From contig OX597843.1 of NCBI GenBank assembly GCA_951406725.2, forward strand, positions 16,492,001-16,556,000: a DNA stretch of 64,000 nt, read 5' to 3'. Within the stretch, counting starts at the first letter, position 1. Each line of letters starts with the position of its first letter. Of the stretch, positions 1 through 11,447 are shown piece by piece. The position numbers and the translations under genes were made by a program. The notes below the pieces were generated by a model. That model was not told the DNA's origin and did no database searches. It saw only the letters and a program-made list of their open reading frames with translations. Source of the stretch: Octopus vulgaris. Lineage: Eukaryota.

Positions 1-90
1 AATTTTGATTTCCACATCTTTCCTCCATTTTTATACTTGTTTATAGCATCTTTTTACTTATAATGAACTCTTTCAATTATATCTATATAT

Positions 91-312
91 CATCATCATC
101 ATCATCGTTTAACATCTGGTTTCCATGCTAGCATGGGTTGGACGGTTCAGCCGGGGTCTGGGAAGCCAGGAGGCTACACCAGGCTCCAGTCTGATCTGGC
201 ATAGTTTCTATAGCTGGATGCCCTTCCTAATGCCAATCACTCTGTGAGTGTAGTGGGTGCTTTTTATGTGCCACCGGCACAGGTGCCAGGGGAGTCTGGC
301 AGCGGCCACGGG
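91..312 (-). mobile_element. 3' UTR/tail of RTE-like retroelement (family A, (GAT)n tail)
   Basis: Reverse complement of the tail at 2215-2460 (ggttggcgttaggaagggcatccagctgtagaaac...ccaacccatgctagcatgg...aacgatgatgatg). Other copies near 7060-7492, 8250-8410, 39960-40135, 40325-40786, 49230-49445, 57800-58045. Confidence 0.75.
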
Positions 313-339
313 CTTGTAGATGTGTTATAGTTATGCTAT

Positions 340-693
340 TTAACTCTCCAGCAGCCACCGAATGAGAGGAGCTCTGAGGAAGCACTACCAAGACTGCTTC
401 AAGAAGTCTCTAACAGCATGTCATATTAACCACCAATGCTGGTCAGACCTGGCTGCGGACCATGATGTCTGGCACCACATGATCTTCGGAACAAGGAAGA
501 GATGCACTTAAAGACAAGAGACACAGGAGGAAGGCACGAGCCGCCTCTGACACCACACCAGATGTTAAATTCATCTGTGGACACTGCTCACGGACCTGTC
601 TTTCCCATATCGGACTTGTCAGTCATGAGCATGCATGCACGCAACGTGAACAGCCTTCCTGGTCTTCGTTCGCGAAGCCGAGCCATAATAATA
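340..693 (+). mobile_element. Degenerate 3' end of an RTE-clade LINE ORF
   Basis: Translates to RGALRKHYQDCFKKSLTACHINHQCWSDLAADHDVW, then FICGHCSRTCLSHIGLVSHEHAC (C2H2-type finger typical of RTE C-termini), followed by a short (TAA)n tail. Confidence 0.75.
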
Positions 694-792
694 AAAGTTT
701 TAGGCTGCAGGTCCAATTGGTGCTCTGCAAGAGCTAGCTTAAAAGGCAGCATGGAGTGCAGGTTTTAAGCCAGCACGAAATAAAAGAAATCC

Positions 793-1175
793 TGGCGCTC
801 TGTCGGTTACGACGTCGAGGGTTCCAGTTGATCCAATCAATGGAACAGCTTGCTCGTGAAATTAACGTGCAAGTGGCTGAGCACTCCACAGACACGTGTA
901 CCCTTAACGTGGTTCTCGGGGAGATTCAGCATGACACAAAGTGTGACAAGGCTGGCCCCTTTGAAATACAGGTACAACAGAAACAGGAAGTAAGAGTGAG
1001 AGAAAGTTGTGGCGAAAGAGTACAGCAGGGATCACCACCATCCCTTGCCGGAGCCTCGTGGAGCTTTTAGGTGTTTTCGCTCAATAAACACTCACAATGA
1101 CCGGTCTGGGAATCGAAACTGCGATCCTACGACCGCGAGTCCACTGCCCTAACCACTGGGCCATTGCACCGCCAC
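793..1175 (-). mobile_element. tRNA-derived SINE (family C)
   Basis: Minus strand begins gtgcaatggcccagtggttagggcagtggactcgcggtc...gtttcgattccc (A and B boxes). Homologous to 22180-22545, 46660-46975 and 10958-11072. Confidence 0.8.
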
Positions 1176-1220
1176 AATAAAAGAAATATGTAGTAAGCAA
1201 CAACAGTACAATAATGTATA

Positions 1221-1399
1221 CCCTTTTACTCTTTTACTCGTTTCAGTCATTTGACTGTGGCCATGCTGGAGCACCGCCTTTAGTCAAGCAAATCGACCCC
1301 GGGACTTATTCTTTGTAAGCCCAGTACTTATTCTATCAGTCTCTTTTGCCGAACCGCTAAGTGACGGGGACGTAAACACACCAGCATCGGTTGTCAAGC

Positions 1400-1449
<50 letters not shown>

Positions 1450-1614
1450 CACGACAGGCTTCTTTCAGTTTCTGTCTACCAAATCCACTCACAAGGCATT
1501 GGTCGGCCCGGGGCTATAGCAGAAGACACTTGCCCAAGATGCCACGCAGTGGGGACTGAACCCGGAACCATGTGGTTGGTTAGCAAGCTACTTACCACAC
1601 AGCCTCTCCTGCAC

Positions 1615-1616
<2 letters not shown>
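1221..1616 (-). mobile_element. tRNA-derived SINE with CORE-like segment (family B)
   Basis: Head ggctgtgtggtaagtagcttgc...ggttccgggttcagtccc, CORE-like cttgggcaagtg, internal (TA)/(TG) tract and (AAAAGAGT)n tail; many copies in the window. Confidence 0.85.
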
Positions 1617-1649
<33 letters not shown>

Positions 1650-1693
1650 TCCTTCGAACTTTATATATATATATATATATATATATAAAGTTC

Positions 1694-2460
1694 CTTCGAA
1701 CTTTAGGCCTCACTGAGGAAATGACCAGCGACCGAGACCTTTGGAAATATTCTGTACGTGAGAAGACCAGGCAGGACAAGTGAGCCCAGCCCACTTATGA
1801 ATGCCTTTCCTCCCTTGGACACAAAGACCTGTTGAGGCAAGCGAAGTCGATATAGAACCTCATCCGACGACAGGCACCCATGCCAACCCCTTTGCTTGCG
1901 AAGACATGTTGGGGCAAGCGAAATCGAATTGAACCAGCCAGGATCCCTGGTCTGGTGGTACGTAAAAAGCACTATCCGACTCGTGGCCGATGCCAGCGCC
2001 GCCTCCACTGGCTTCCGTGCCGGTGGCACGTAAAATACACCAATCTGACCGTACGACAGGCACCCATGCCAACCCCCTTGCTTGCGAAGACATGTTGGGG
2101 CAAGCAAAATCGAATTGAACCAGCCAGGATCCCTGGTCTGGTGGTACGTAAAAAGCACTATCCGACTCGTGGCCGATGCCAGCACCCCCTCGTTTGGCTT
2201 CCGTGCAGGTGGCACATAAAATACACCAATCCGACCGTGGCCGTTACCAGCCTCGCCTGGCACCTGTGCAGGTGGCACGTAAAAAGCACCCACTACACTC
2301 ACGGAGTGGTTGGCGTTAGGAAGGGCATCCAGCTGTAGAAACACTGCCAGATAAGACTGGAGCCTGGTGCAGCCTTCTGGCTTTCCAGATCCCCGGTCGA
2401 ACTGTCCAACCCATGCTAGCATGGAGAACGGACGTTAAACGATGATGATGATGATGATGA
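1694..2460 (+). mobile_element. 5'-truncated RTE-like LINE: ORF C-terminus plus repetitive 3' UTR (source of family A)
   Basis: 1694-1783 reads LRTLGLTEEMTSDRDLWKYSVREKTRQDK* (DRxxW motif of RTE ORF ends). The 3' UTR has an internal duplication and ends in (GAT)n; inserted in a (TA)n tract. Confidence 0.7.
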
Positions 2461-2478
2461 TATATATATATATATATA

Positions 2479-2642
2479 TACGACAGGCTTCTTTCAGTTT
2501 CCGTCTACCAAATCCACTCACAAGGCATTGGTCGGCCCGGGGCTATAGCAGAAGACACTTGCCCAAGATGCCACGCAGTGGGACTGAACCCGGAACCATA
2601 TGGTTGGTTAGCAAGCTACTTACCACACAGCCTCTCCTGCAC

Positions 2643-2673
<31 letters not shown>

Positions 2674-2835
2674 CGACAGGCTTCTTTCAGTTTCCGTCTA
2701 CCAAATCCACTCACAAGGCATTGGTCGGCCCGGGGCTATAGCAGAAGACACTTGCCCAAGATGCCACGCAGTGGGACTGAACCCGGAACCATATGGTTGG
2801 TTAGCAAGCTACTTACCACACAGCCTCTCCTGCAC

Positions 2836-2866
<31 letters not shown>

Positions 2867-3213
2867 CGACAGGCTTCTTTCAGTTTCCGTCTACCAAATC
2901 CACTCACAAGGCATTGGTCGGCCCAGGGCTATAGCAGAAGACACTTGCCCAAGATGCCACACAGTGGGACTGAACCCGGAACCATGTGGTTGGTTAGCAA
3001 GCTACTTACCACACAGCCACTCCTTCACCTTTATATATATATATATATACGACAGGCTTCTTTCAGTATCCATCTACCAAATCCACTCACAAGGCATTGG
3101 TCGGCCCGGGGCTATAGCAGAAGACACTTGCCCAAGATGCCACGCAGTGGGACTGAACCCGGAATCATGTGGTTGGTTAGCAAACTACTTACCACACAGC
3201 CACTCCTGCGCCT
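2479..3213 (-). repeat. Tandem array of four family-B SINE heads (~193-bp period) separated by (TA)n
   Basis: Unit acgacaggcttctttcag...cagcc(t/a)ctcctgcacct repeated at ~2480, 2673, 2866 and 3049. Confidence 0.9.
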
Positions 3214-3671
3214 ATCTGGCCTTAAATATTTATTCCTTATTTATTATGTCTGACTCAGATTGTGTGTTGCATTGAAAGAACATCAGCTGTGCAGGCTTTA
3301 GGAAATTTAGTGTTATTTAAAGCTCCATCAGTTTAAGTGATTTACTCATTTTATGAACAATTAACTTATTTTTTTTAATCTGTGTTATGGCCTTCAAACA
3401 ATAGCTTTTAAGCAAATGTTATTGAAGAAAAGCAGGAACCATGCCAGTTTCTGTGATTCTATTTAAGAGTTTTTTTTCTTGTTTTGAAATATCTTCCGAT
3501 AGAAGTATAGCTGTGTGGGGATAGAGTTTACTTTGGTACTTTGGATCTTTGGAATTATAATGGTGCAGGTTCAGGGCCACTTCTTAGCACTTTAGGGCAA
3601 GTGTCTTCTGCTGCAGCTTCAATCTGACCAATATCTTTGGAATGGAATTGGTAGAAAGAAACCAAACTGAA

Positions 3672-3956
3672 TGGGTTAGGGTTAGGGCTTTAGGGTTAGG
3701 GTTAGGGCGTTAGGGTTAGGGTTTTAGGGTTAGGGTTTTAGGGTTAGGGTTTTAGGGTTAGGGCTTTAGGGTTAGGGCTTTAGGGTTAGGGTTTTAGGGT
3801 TAGCGTTAGGGTTATGGTTTTAGGGTTATGGTTTTAGGGTTAGGGTTAGGGTTTTAGGGTTAGGGTTTTAGGGTTAGGGTTAGGGCTTTAGGGTTATGGT
3901 TTTAGGGTTAGGGTTTTAGGGTTAGGGTTAGGGTTTTAGGGTTGGGTTAGGGTTAG
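3672..3956 (+). repeat. Interstitial telomere-like (TTAGGG)n array with TTTTAGGG/CTTTAGGG variants
   Basis: Directly visible repeat. Confidence 0.9.
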
Positions 3957-4368
3957 TGTTGGGGGAAAAGTCAAAATTTAAGAATTGGGTGGGGGCGGGA
4001 TTTCACAATGCTGATTTTTGGCAATTTTCCAGAACCTCCGTATCTGAAAAAGGGGTTTTTGGCAAAAAAAATTTTTTTAGATAAACAAATTTGGGAGAAA
4101 ATTGGTTGGGGGCAGAGGGACGGGCAGCAGTCTTTCCAAACTGTGCCAAACATACCTCACCCATACTGGAGCCATGTAAAAAGCACCCAGTACACTCTGT
4201 AAAGTGGTTGACTTCAGGAAGGGCATCCAGCTGTAGAAACCATGCCAAATCAGACTAGAGTCTTGTGCAGCCCCTCACCTTACATTATGTCCTTACAATG
4301 GACATTAAATGTTGATGATGATGATGATATATAATATACCTGTGTGTGTGTGTGTGTGTGCATATATA

Positions 4369-4565
4369 CACGGTGGCCCATAAGTAGGCTTACAGTTATC
4401 ACATAGGCCCTTTGAATTTCCTTTAAAACGTCTTATTACATTTAAATTTCTGTCTTAACTAAATTAGCATAGAATAATGGTTTCATATTTTTTTATAATT
4501 AAGATCTAAATATATGAATGCGAAAGAGAAAGTAGAATAACTGTGAACGTTCTTTTGGGCCACCC

Positions 4566-4567
<2 letters not shown>
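4369..4567. mobile_element. Tc1/mariner-type MITE
   Basis: Imperfect TIRs cacggtggccca...tgggccaccctg with inner acagttat/ataactgt; TA at the left junction. Confidence 0.6.
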
Positions 4568-4599
<32 letters not shown>

Positions 4600-4628
4600 A
4601 ATATGTTTACATATATATCATGTGTGTG

Positions 4629-4678
<50 letters not shown>

Positions 4679-4831
4679 CATATATACTCATGTACATATA
4701 CATATGTATGTTATACACACTCACACAAACACACACATATTTATACACACAAAGAGAGAGCGAGAGAGAGAGAGAGAGAAAGGCAGTGTAATGTTATCTC
4801 CTTGTCTATAAGGCATACTGAAAGTGTGTAG

Positions 4832-4905
<74 letters not shown>

Positions 4906-5266
4906 TTATGTCGGGCAGGATATTTCTGGAAGTCTGAGTTTAGTTTGGTTACCTTGTAACACTGATGACGGGGTGGCATGTGTATGCGTGTGTGTTTGTT
5001 TGTGTGTGTATGTGTGTGTGTGTGTGTTTGTGTCTAAATGTGTATGTGTGTGTCTGTGCTTGCATGTTTGAATGTGTGTGTGTGTGTATCTGTGTGTGTG
5101 TGTGTATGTGTGTGTTTATGTCAGCACTTATGCACGTATGTGCTTGTTTGGGTGTCTATGTATGTGTATGTGTGTACCTGTTTGTGAGTGTGTATATATG
5201 TGCTTGTGTGTGTGTGTGTGCAAATGTATGATCGTGTGTGTGTGTATACATATACTTGTTTAGGAG

Positions 5267-5324
<58 letters not shown>

Positions 5325-5327
<3 letters not shown>

Positions 5328-5548
5328 TTCTTTACTACCCACAAGGGGCTAGAGGGGACAAACAAGGACAGACAGAGGGATTAAGTTGATTACATCGACC
5401 CCAGTGCGTAACTGGTACTTAATTTATTGACCCCGAAAGGATGAAAGGCAAAGTCGACCTCAGCGGAATTTGAACTCAGAATGTAACGACAGACGAAATA
5501 TCGCTACACATTTCGCCCGGCGTGCTAACGTTTCTGCCAGCTCACCGG
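5325..5548 (-). mobile_element. tRNA-derived SINE (family D, Meta-domain-like core)
   Basis: Minus strand has gttcaaattccgctgaggtcgactttgcctttcatcctttcggggtc. Copies at 13990-14222 and 46408-46622, rearranged copy at 34648-34852. Confidence 0.75.
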
Positions 5549-5796
5549 TATATATATATATATATATATGCTGGTGTAAAGGTAACACACTTAGTCGTGT
5601 TAACAAAGGGATGTGGGTTCAAGTCCCACACGGATAGGAAAGCCTTTTTTTCTGTTAAGGGTTTATATGTCCTGTTATTAGACTATTTGCCTTAATCATT
5701 GCATGGTGATCACCATGAGCTTTGAGCTTATATAAAAATACCATTATTATTATTTACAGGATTGTGAAATATGGTGCCGTATAACAAAAGCATATA

Positions 5797-6300
5797 TCTA
5801 TATATATAAAACTCAACTTGTATGTCTGTGTGTGTATCTGTGTGTGTGTCTGTGATTAACTTTCCGGCACATCTCCTCCTAGCCAACAAATCGTAGAACC
5901 ACCAAAAATGGGTCACTTAAAGTTTAGGCGAATGAAAATTGAACTGCGCTATTTCTGTTCCGAAATTCATCTCGCAAGTGCAAAAATCAATAATGTGTTT
6001 GTTTAGGCCTTATCCCATGCATTGAATAGTGAACTTTACTCAGTCAGCTGTTTGACATGAACTTTGTTCACCACGCGTGCAAGCATGCATAAATTGCATG
6101 AAAAATAAAAAAATCAAGATATAAAAACGAATCGCCGTAAACATTGTAGAAATTCGGCAAAGAAATGAATTTTCGGGATGTAGCCTGGAGGGTTTTTTCG
6201 TATTAATCGTTTTGACTTTGTGAACACATATCAATTGTTTTCATAACATTATTAACGCTTTGAATTAAATGTGACCATTTTGCAAAGCCGGGCAATACTG

Positions 6301-6303
<3 letters not shown>
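5797..6303 (+). mobile_element. Non-autonomous Helitron-like element (degenerate 3' end)
   Basis: 5' TCTATATATATAAAA and 3' gcaaagccgggcaatactgct resemble the termini of 7639-8140. Confidence 0.55.
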
Positions 6304-6343
<40 letters not shown>

Positions 6344-6350
<7 letters not shown>

Positions 6351-6571
6351 CTTATGGTATCCACGAGATACCACCATGCTGAAAATAGCAGCCAGGATCT
6401 GACTCTAAAACCACCTTAAGGGATCATATAGCACAAGGAGACAAGACAAAAAGACAAAATAAAACTAGTCTTGTCTCCTTGTACTATATGAATACTTAAT
6501 GTGGTTTTAGAGTCAGATCCTGGCTGCTATTTTCAGCATGGCGGTATCTCGTAGATACCCTAAGTTATAAT
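6344..6571. repeat. Long inverted repeat (~104-bp arms, 20-bp loop)
   Basis: 6344-6447 is the imperfect reverse complement of 6468-6571. Confidence 0.9.
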
Positions 6572-6774
6572 TTTAATAATAATTATTACCTTTGAAGGTT
6601 TTTATTTCCATGCTGGCCACTTGATAAGATCGTTATTTAATTTAAATTAACCATCTTATCCTTATTTATATATATATAATAACAAAGGGTACAATTAATT
6701 AATTAAGAAGTAATCAGTAATTTCACCAAGCAGAATTCGACATGAAAAAGACCATTTCATGGTAAGCTTAAGTA

Positions 6775-7037
6775 ATACTTTATAATCAGGGTTCAGCAAA
6801 GATTTGCTTTACCACATACTGAAGTTTAGAAATAGCAGTCAAAAAATCTTAGCTATTCCTTCTACTTTAAAAGGGGCTCCCAGAAAAACCAAAGTACTTG
6901 AAAACAATCCACGCAGGCAAAAGGGAAAAATAACGAAAATCATTTTAAAGTAGAAGGAATAGCTAAAATTTGACTGCTATTTCTAAACTTCGGTATGTGG
7001 TGAAGCAAATCGTTGCTGAACCCTATTTATAAAGTAT
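6775..7037. repeat. Long inverted repeat (~97-bp arms, ~70-bp spacer)
   Basis: gggttcagcaaagatttgctttaccacatactgaagtttagaaatagcagtcaaa pairs with tttgactgctatttctaaacttcggtatgtggtgaagcaaatcgttgctgaaccc. Confidence 0.9.
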
Positions 7038-7638
7038 ATATATATATATATATATATGGCAAGTGTCAAAATCGAAATCGATCAACATCAATGGAAATTG
7101 TAGCTGTGATACCAGTGCCGGTGGTACGTAAGAGAACCATCTGAACGTGGCCGTTGCCAGCACCGCCCCGACTGGCCTCGTGCCGATGGCACGTAAAAAG
7201 CACCATCCAATCGTGGCCATTGCCAGCCTCGCCTGGCCCCCGTGCTGGTGGCACGTAAAAAGCACCATCCAATCATGGCTGTTTGCCAGCCTTGTCTGGC
7301 ACCTGTGCTTTTGGCACATAAAAAGCACCCACTACACTCACGGAGTGGTTGGCGTTAGGAAGGGCATCCAGCTGTAGAAACACTGCCAGATCAGACTGGG
7401 CCTGGTGCAGCCTTCTGACTTCCCAGAACCCAGTTGAACCGTCCAACCCATGCTAGCATGGAAAACGGACGCTAAACGATGATGATGATGATATATATAT
7501 ATACTCTACCTTGGATATCCTTGTTGCTTATTTTGATTATAATCACCTTATTTTAAATTATATACCATAACTAAATTCTGGTGCCTTTAACTTAAGTACC
7601 ATATTCATCTGAATCTAAATTTTTGCTGAACTTATATA

Positions 7639-8140
7639 TCTATATATATAAAACTGTAGTTGTGTGAGTGTCTGTCCCCTTCGATTTAGATTCCTAACTA
7701 CTCCCACATTTTGCGGTGCAGTTTAACCAAATTCGGGTATCTTATAGTCGTGATTCATATCGAGCCCGTCTGAGTATTAGCGCGCGTCTACGATTTTAAA
7801 AATAATTTAACATCATTTTTTATTCCATTTTAATGCATAATTTTTCGTGTGTCGATGGCGGCGGAGTTGGCGTCCATGGTCACACCTGCACCTGTTTGCT
7901 TCTCCCCCTTCTTCCCTCCCTCGTGAAGCTGTGGGGAAGGGAGTGTAAGGAAATCAACGTCATAAAGCGTTGTCAAGGAGACCAGCGTTCTTTTAGAACA
8001 ACGACTTCATGGCTTGAAGACACCAAAACAGAAATGGCTAAGAAAGCCCGAATTGGCATCTATAAGGGAAGTAACTCTCTAAAAATGCTTATATAGTTAT
8101 TTCCCTTATAAACCCGAGCAACGCCAGGCGATACTGCTAG
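7639..8140 (+). mobile_element. Non-autonomous Helitron-like element
   Basis: A|TC 5' end, subterminal GC hairpin cccgagcaacgccaggcg, CTAG|T 3' end; homologous to 59836-60235. Confidence 0.8.
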
Positions 8141-8581
8141 TATATATATATATATATATATATCTGTGTGTGTGTCTGTTTTGTCCCCCACCCACCATTG
8201 CTTGACAACAGATGCTGGTGTGTTTTCAGCCAGAGAGTAAGAGTATATCATCATCATCATCACCATCATTATCCTTTAACGTCCGTTTTTCATGCTGGCA
8301 TGGGTTGGATGGTTTGACCGAGGTCTGGAAAGCCAGGAGGCTGCACCGGGCTCCAATCTCATCTGGCAAGGTTTCTACAGTTGGATGCCCTCCCTAAAGC
8401 CAACCCCTTTATACGGAACGATTGATGCCATCTCTCTTTGTGGAACTCCCACTGACGGGGTCACCAAGCAACTTGTGAGACAAAACTTCTCGGCTGGGAG
8501 GTGGTGGGGGTTAGTATTGAGGTGGGGTGGTTTTCCACCAGAAGAGGGATTTAAAGGGGATACAGGGATACAGCAGTCATA

Positions 8582-8990
8582 GGCGCAGGAGTGGCTGTGT
8601 GGTAAGTAGCTTGCTAACCAACCACATGGTTCCGGGTTCAGTCCCACTGCGTGGCACCTTGGGCAAGTGTCTTCTGCTATAGCCCCGGGCCGACCAATGC
8701 GTTGTGAGTGGATTTGGTAGACGGAAACTGAAAGAAGCTTGTCGTATATATGTATATATATATGTGTTTGTGTGTATGTGTTTGTTCCCCTAGCATTGCT
8801 TGACAACCGATGTTGGTGTGTTTATGTCCCCGTCATTTAGCGGTTCGGCAAAAGAGACCAATCGAATAAGTACTGGGCTTACAAAAGAATAAGTCCTGGG
8901 GTCGATTTGCTCGACTAAAGGTGGTGCTCCAGCATGGCCGCAGTAAAAGAGTAAAGAGTAAAGAGTAAAAGAGTAAAGAGAGTAAGGAGA
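8582..8990 (+). mobile_element. Family-B SINE
   Basis: ggcgcaggagtggctgtgtggtaag head through (AAAGAGT)n tail. Confidence 0.85.
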
Positions 8991-9212
8991 GTCAGAAGAG
9001 AAAGAACAATAAGATAAAGCGAGGAGGATGAGAGAGAGGGTAAGATGAAGAAGACAATAAGGGGAGATGGTGGCGAACATGTGTTGAGACACACCTTCAA
9101 AGGACCTGATGGGGGGGGTGAGAATAAGGGCGGTGATACAGGGGGTGGGGTTTGCAGTAGATAAGCAAAGGGTTACTGATGGGGAACAACAGGGCAGAGA
9201 AGGCCCATGGAA

Positions 9213-9602
9213 TATACTCTTTTACTCTTTTCAGTCATTTGACTGCGACCATGCTGGAGCATCGCCTTTAGTCAAGCAAATCGACCCCAGGACTTATTCT
9301 TTTGTAAGCCCAGTACTTATTCTATCAGTCTCTTTTGCCGAACCGCTAGGTGACGGGGACGTAAACACACCAGCATCGGTTGTCAAGCAATGCTAGGGGG
9401 ACAAACACACACACATACATATATATATATATACATATATACGACAGGCTCCATTCAGTTTCCGTCTACCAAATCCACTCACAAGGCATTGGTCGGCCCG
9501 GGGCTATAGCAGAAGACACTTGCCCAAGATGCCACGCAGTGGGACTGAACCCGGAACCATGTGGTTGGTAAGCAAGCTACTTACCACACAGCGACTCCTG
9601 CG

Positions 9603-9651
<49 letters not shown>

Positions 9652-9802
9652 CAGGCTTCTTTCAGTTTCCGTCTACCAAATCCACTCACAAGGCTTTGGT
9701 CAGCCCGAGGCTATAGTAGAAGACACTTGCCCAAGGTGCCACGCAGTGGGACTGAACCCGGAACCATGTGGTTGGTTAGCAAGCTACTTACCACACAGCC
9801 AC
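9213..9802 (-). mobile_element. Family-B SINE plus an extra tandem head
   Basis: Full copy 9213-9605, second head 9650-9802. Confidence 0.85.
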
Positions 9803-10274
9803 AGTCTGTGTTTTATTCTTAAAATATGAAATTTTAGCAGAAGTATTAGCCACGAAGACAATCAAAGAACAAAACAATTTTTTTTTAAAAAATGGTTTTG
9901 GTAAAAAGCATTTAATTGCTCCATCAAATTATACATAATCACTCCTGCTTCTTGTAGTTCTTGCTGCTGTTATTAATATCATGTCGGTTCCACATTTATC
10001 AATAAGAAGCGTCTGCAATTTAATTAACTCTACCCTTCTCCATTTCCTCCTCCACTCCATTTCTTCCTTGGTTTTTCGGTTGTTGGTTTTTTTCTTGTTT
10101 TGCTGTAAAAATTCAGTCTTTCATTTATTCATTTATTCATCATCATCATCAACATCAACAACATCAATGTTGTTGTCATCTAATGTCCATCTTCCAAATC
10201 TTGCTTGGGTAGGATGGTTGACAGGAACCGGCCAGGTAGAAGGCTACCCCAGGCTACTCTGTCTGATTCAGCAT

Positions 10275-10318
<44 letters not shown>

Positions 10319-10446
10319 CAATTAACCCTTAATTATAATTTTTATAACCCTTACCAAATATGGTCTTTTCCATACCGATAAACCTACTAGGTGAAATTTA
10401 TTAATTTTATTAAATTAATTATATTCCACCCTTATTTGCATATATA

Positions 10447-10650
10447 TATCTATAAAATAATATGTTACAATTACTCGATAGTCAAGATAAAACTCTGAGT
10501 TTCAGATGCCGAAGTGGAAATCCACGACATCTCTTCGGTTATCTAAATAGCCAGATAACCGAAGAGATGTCGTGGATTCCCACTTCGGCATCTGAAACTC
10601 AGAGTTTTATCTTGACTATCGAGTAATTGTAACATATTATTTTATAGATA
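10447..10650. mobile_element. Near-perfect palindrome (98-bp arms, 8-bp loop) with a hammerhead-like motif in each arm; Penelope pLTR-like relic
   Basis: One mismatch seen between arms. Plus-strand motif: AGATAA-CCGAAGA-GATGTCG..CGGCATC-T-GAAA-CTCAGAG-TT-TTATCT (10553-10612). Confidence 0.75.
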
Positions 10651-10711
10651 AATTTCCTCTATTTACATAATATTGAGGTCTCTTTCTTTCTTTTGTTATC
10701 TTACCGTTTTA

Positions 10712-10752
<41 letters not shown>

Positions 10753-10779
10753 AAAGAAAAACATGATGCAAAGGACTTA

Positions 10780-10867
10780 GCGGTACATATGTTTCTGGCT
10801 TTTATTAGACAGTTTATATCAATGCATAATTGATGTAATATGTATGTCAATAGCCTTCTTCAGCTGC
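10780..10867 (-). ncRNA. Type I hammerhead-like motif
   Basis: Minus strand: GCAG-CTGAAGA-A-GGCT..long loop..AGCC-A-GAAA-CATATG-TA-CCGC; palindromic stem III, one mismatch in stem I. Confidence 0.55.
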
Positions 10868-11447
10868 ACACAATTACTACTCCAAGGACATGTATTACAT
10901 TATTACATTAATGATGATGATGCTGGTGACAACAATGATGACATGTATTACATTAAGCCGTGTGGAGCTTAGGTGCTTCGCTCATAAACACACACATCAC
11001 CCGGTCTGAGATTCGAACCTATGATCCCTCGACCGCGAGTCCGCTGCTCTAACCACTAGGCCATGTACCTCCACACACTTTTCCATGCTTGCATGGGTCA
11101 GATGGAATTCGTTGAGGCTGAATTTTTTACAAGTGAACGACCTTCCTTCTCATCGCTAACCCTTGTTTCTGAGTGGGGCAGTTTTTCCCTATGGCCAGAG
11201 TTGTTTCTCTCAGAAGACTGGAAAGAACAACATCAATTGTTCATCGGTGATAGTCATTTTCATAGTGGCTGTGTGGTAAGTAGCTTGTTTACCAACCACA
11301 TGGTTCCGGGTTCAGTCCCACAGCGTGGCACCTTGGGCAAGTGTCTTCTACTATAGCCTCGGGCCGACCAAAGCCTTTTGAGTGGATTTGGTAGACGGAA
11401 ACTGAAAGAAGCCCGTCGTATATATCTATATATATATATATATATAT

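Noticed and set aside
5570-5640. tRNA-like sequence with A and B boxes
   Set aside because: No complete cloverleaf; more likely a SINE head. The same applies to the family B, C and D heads.
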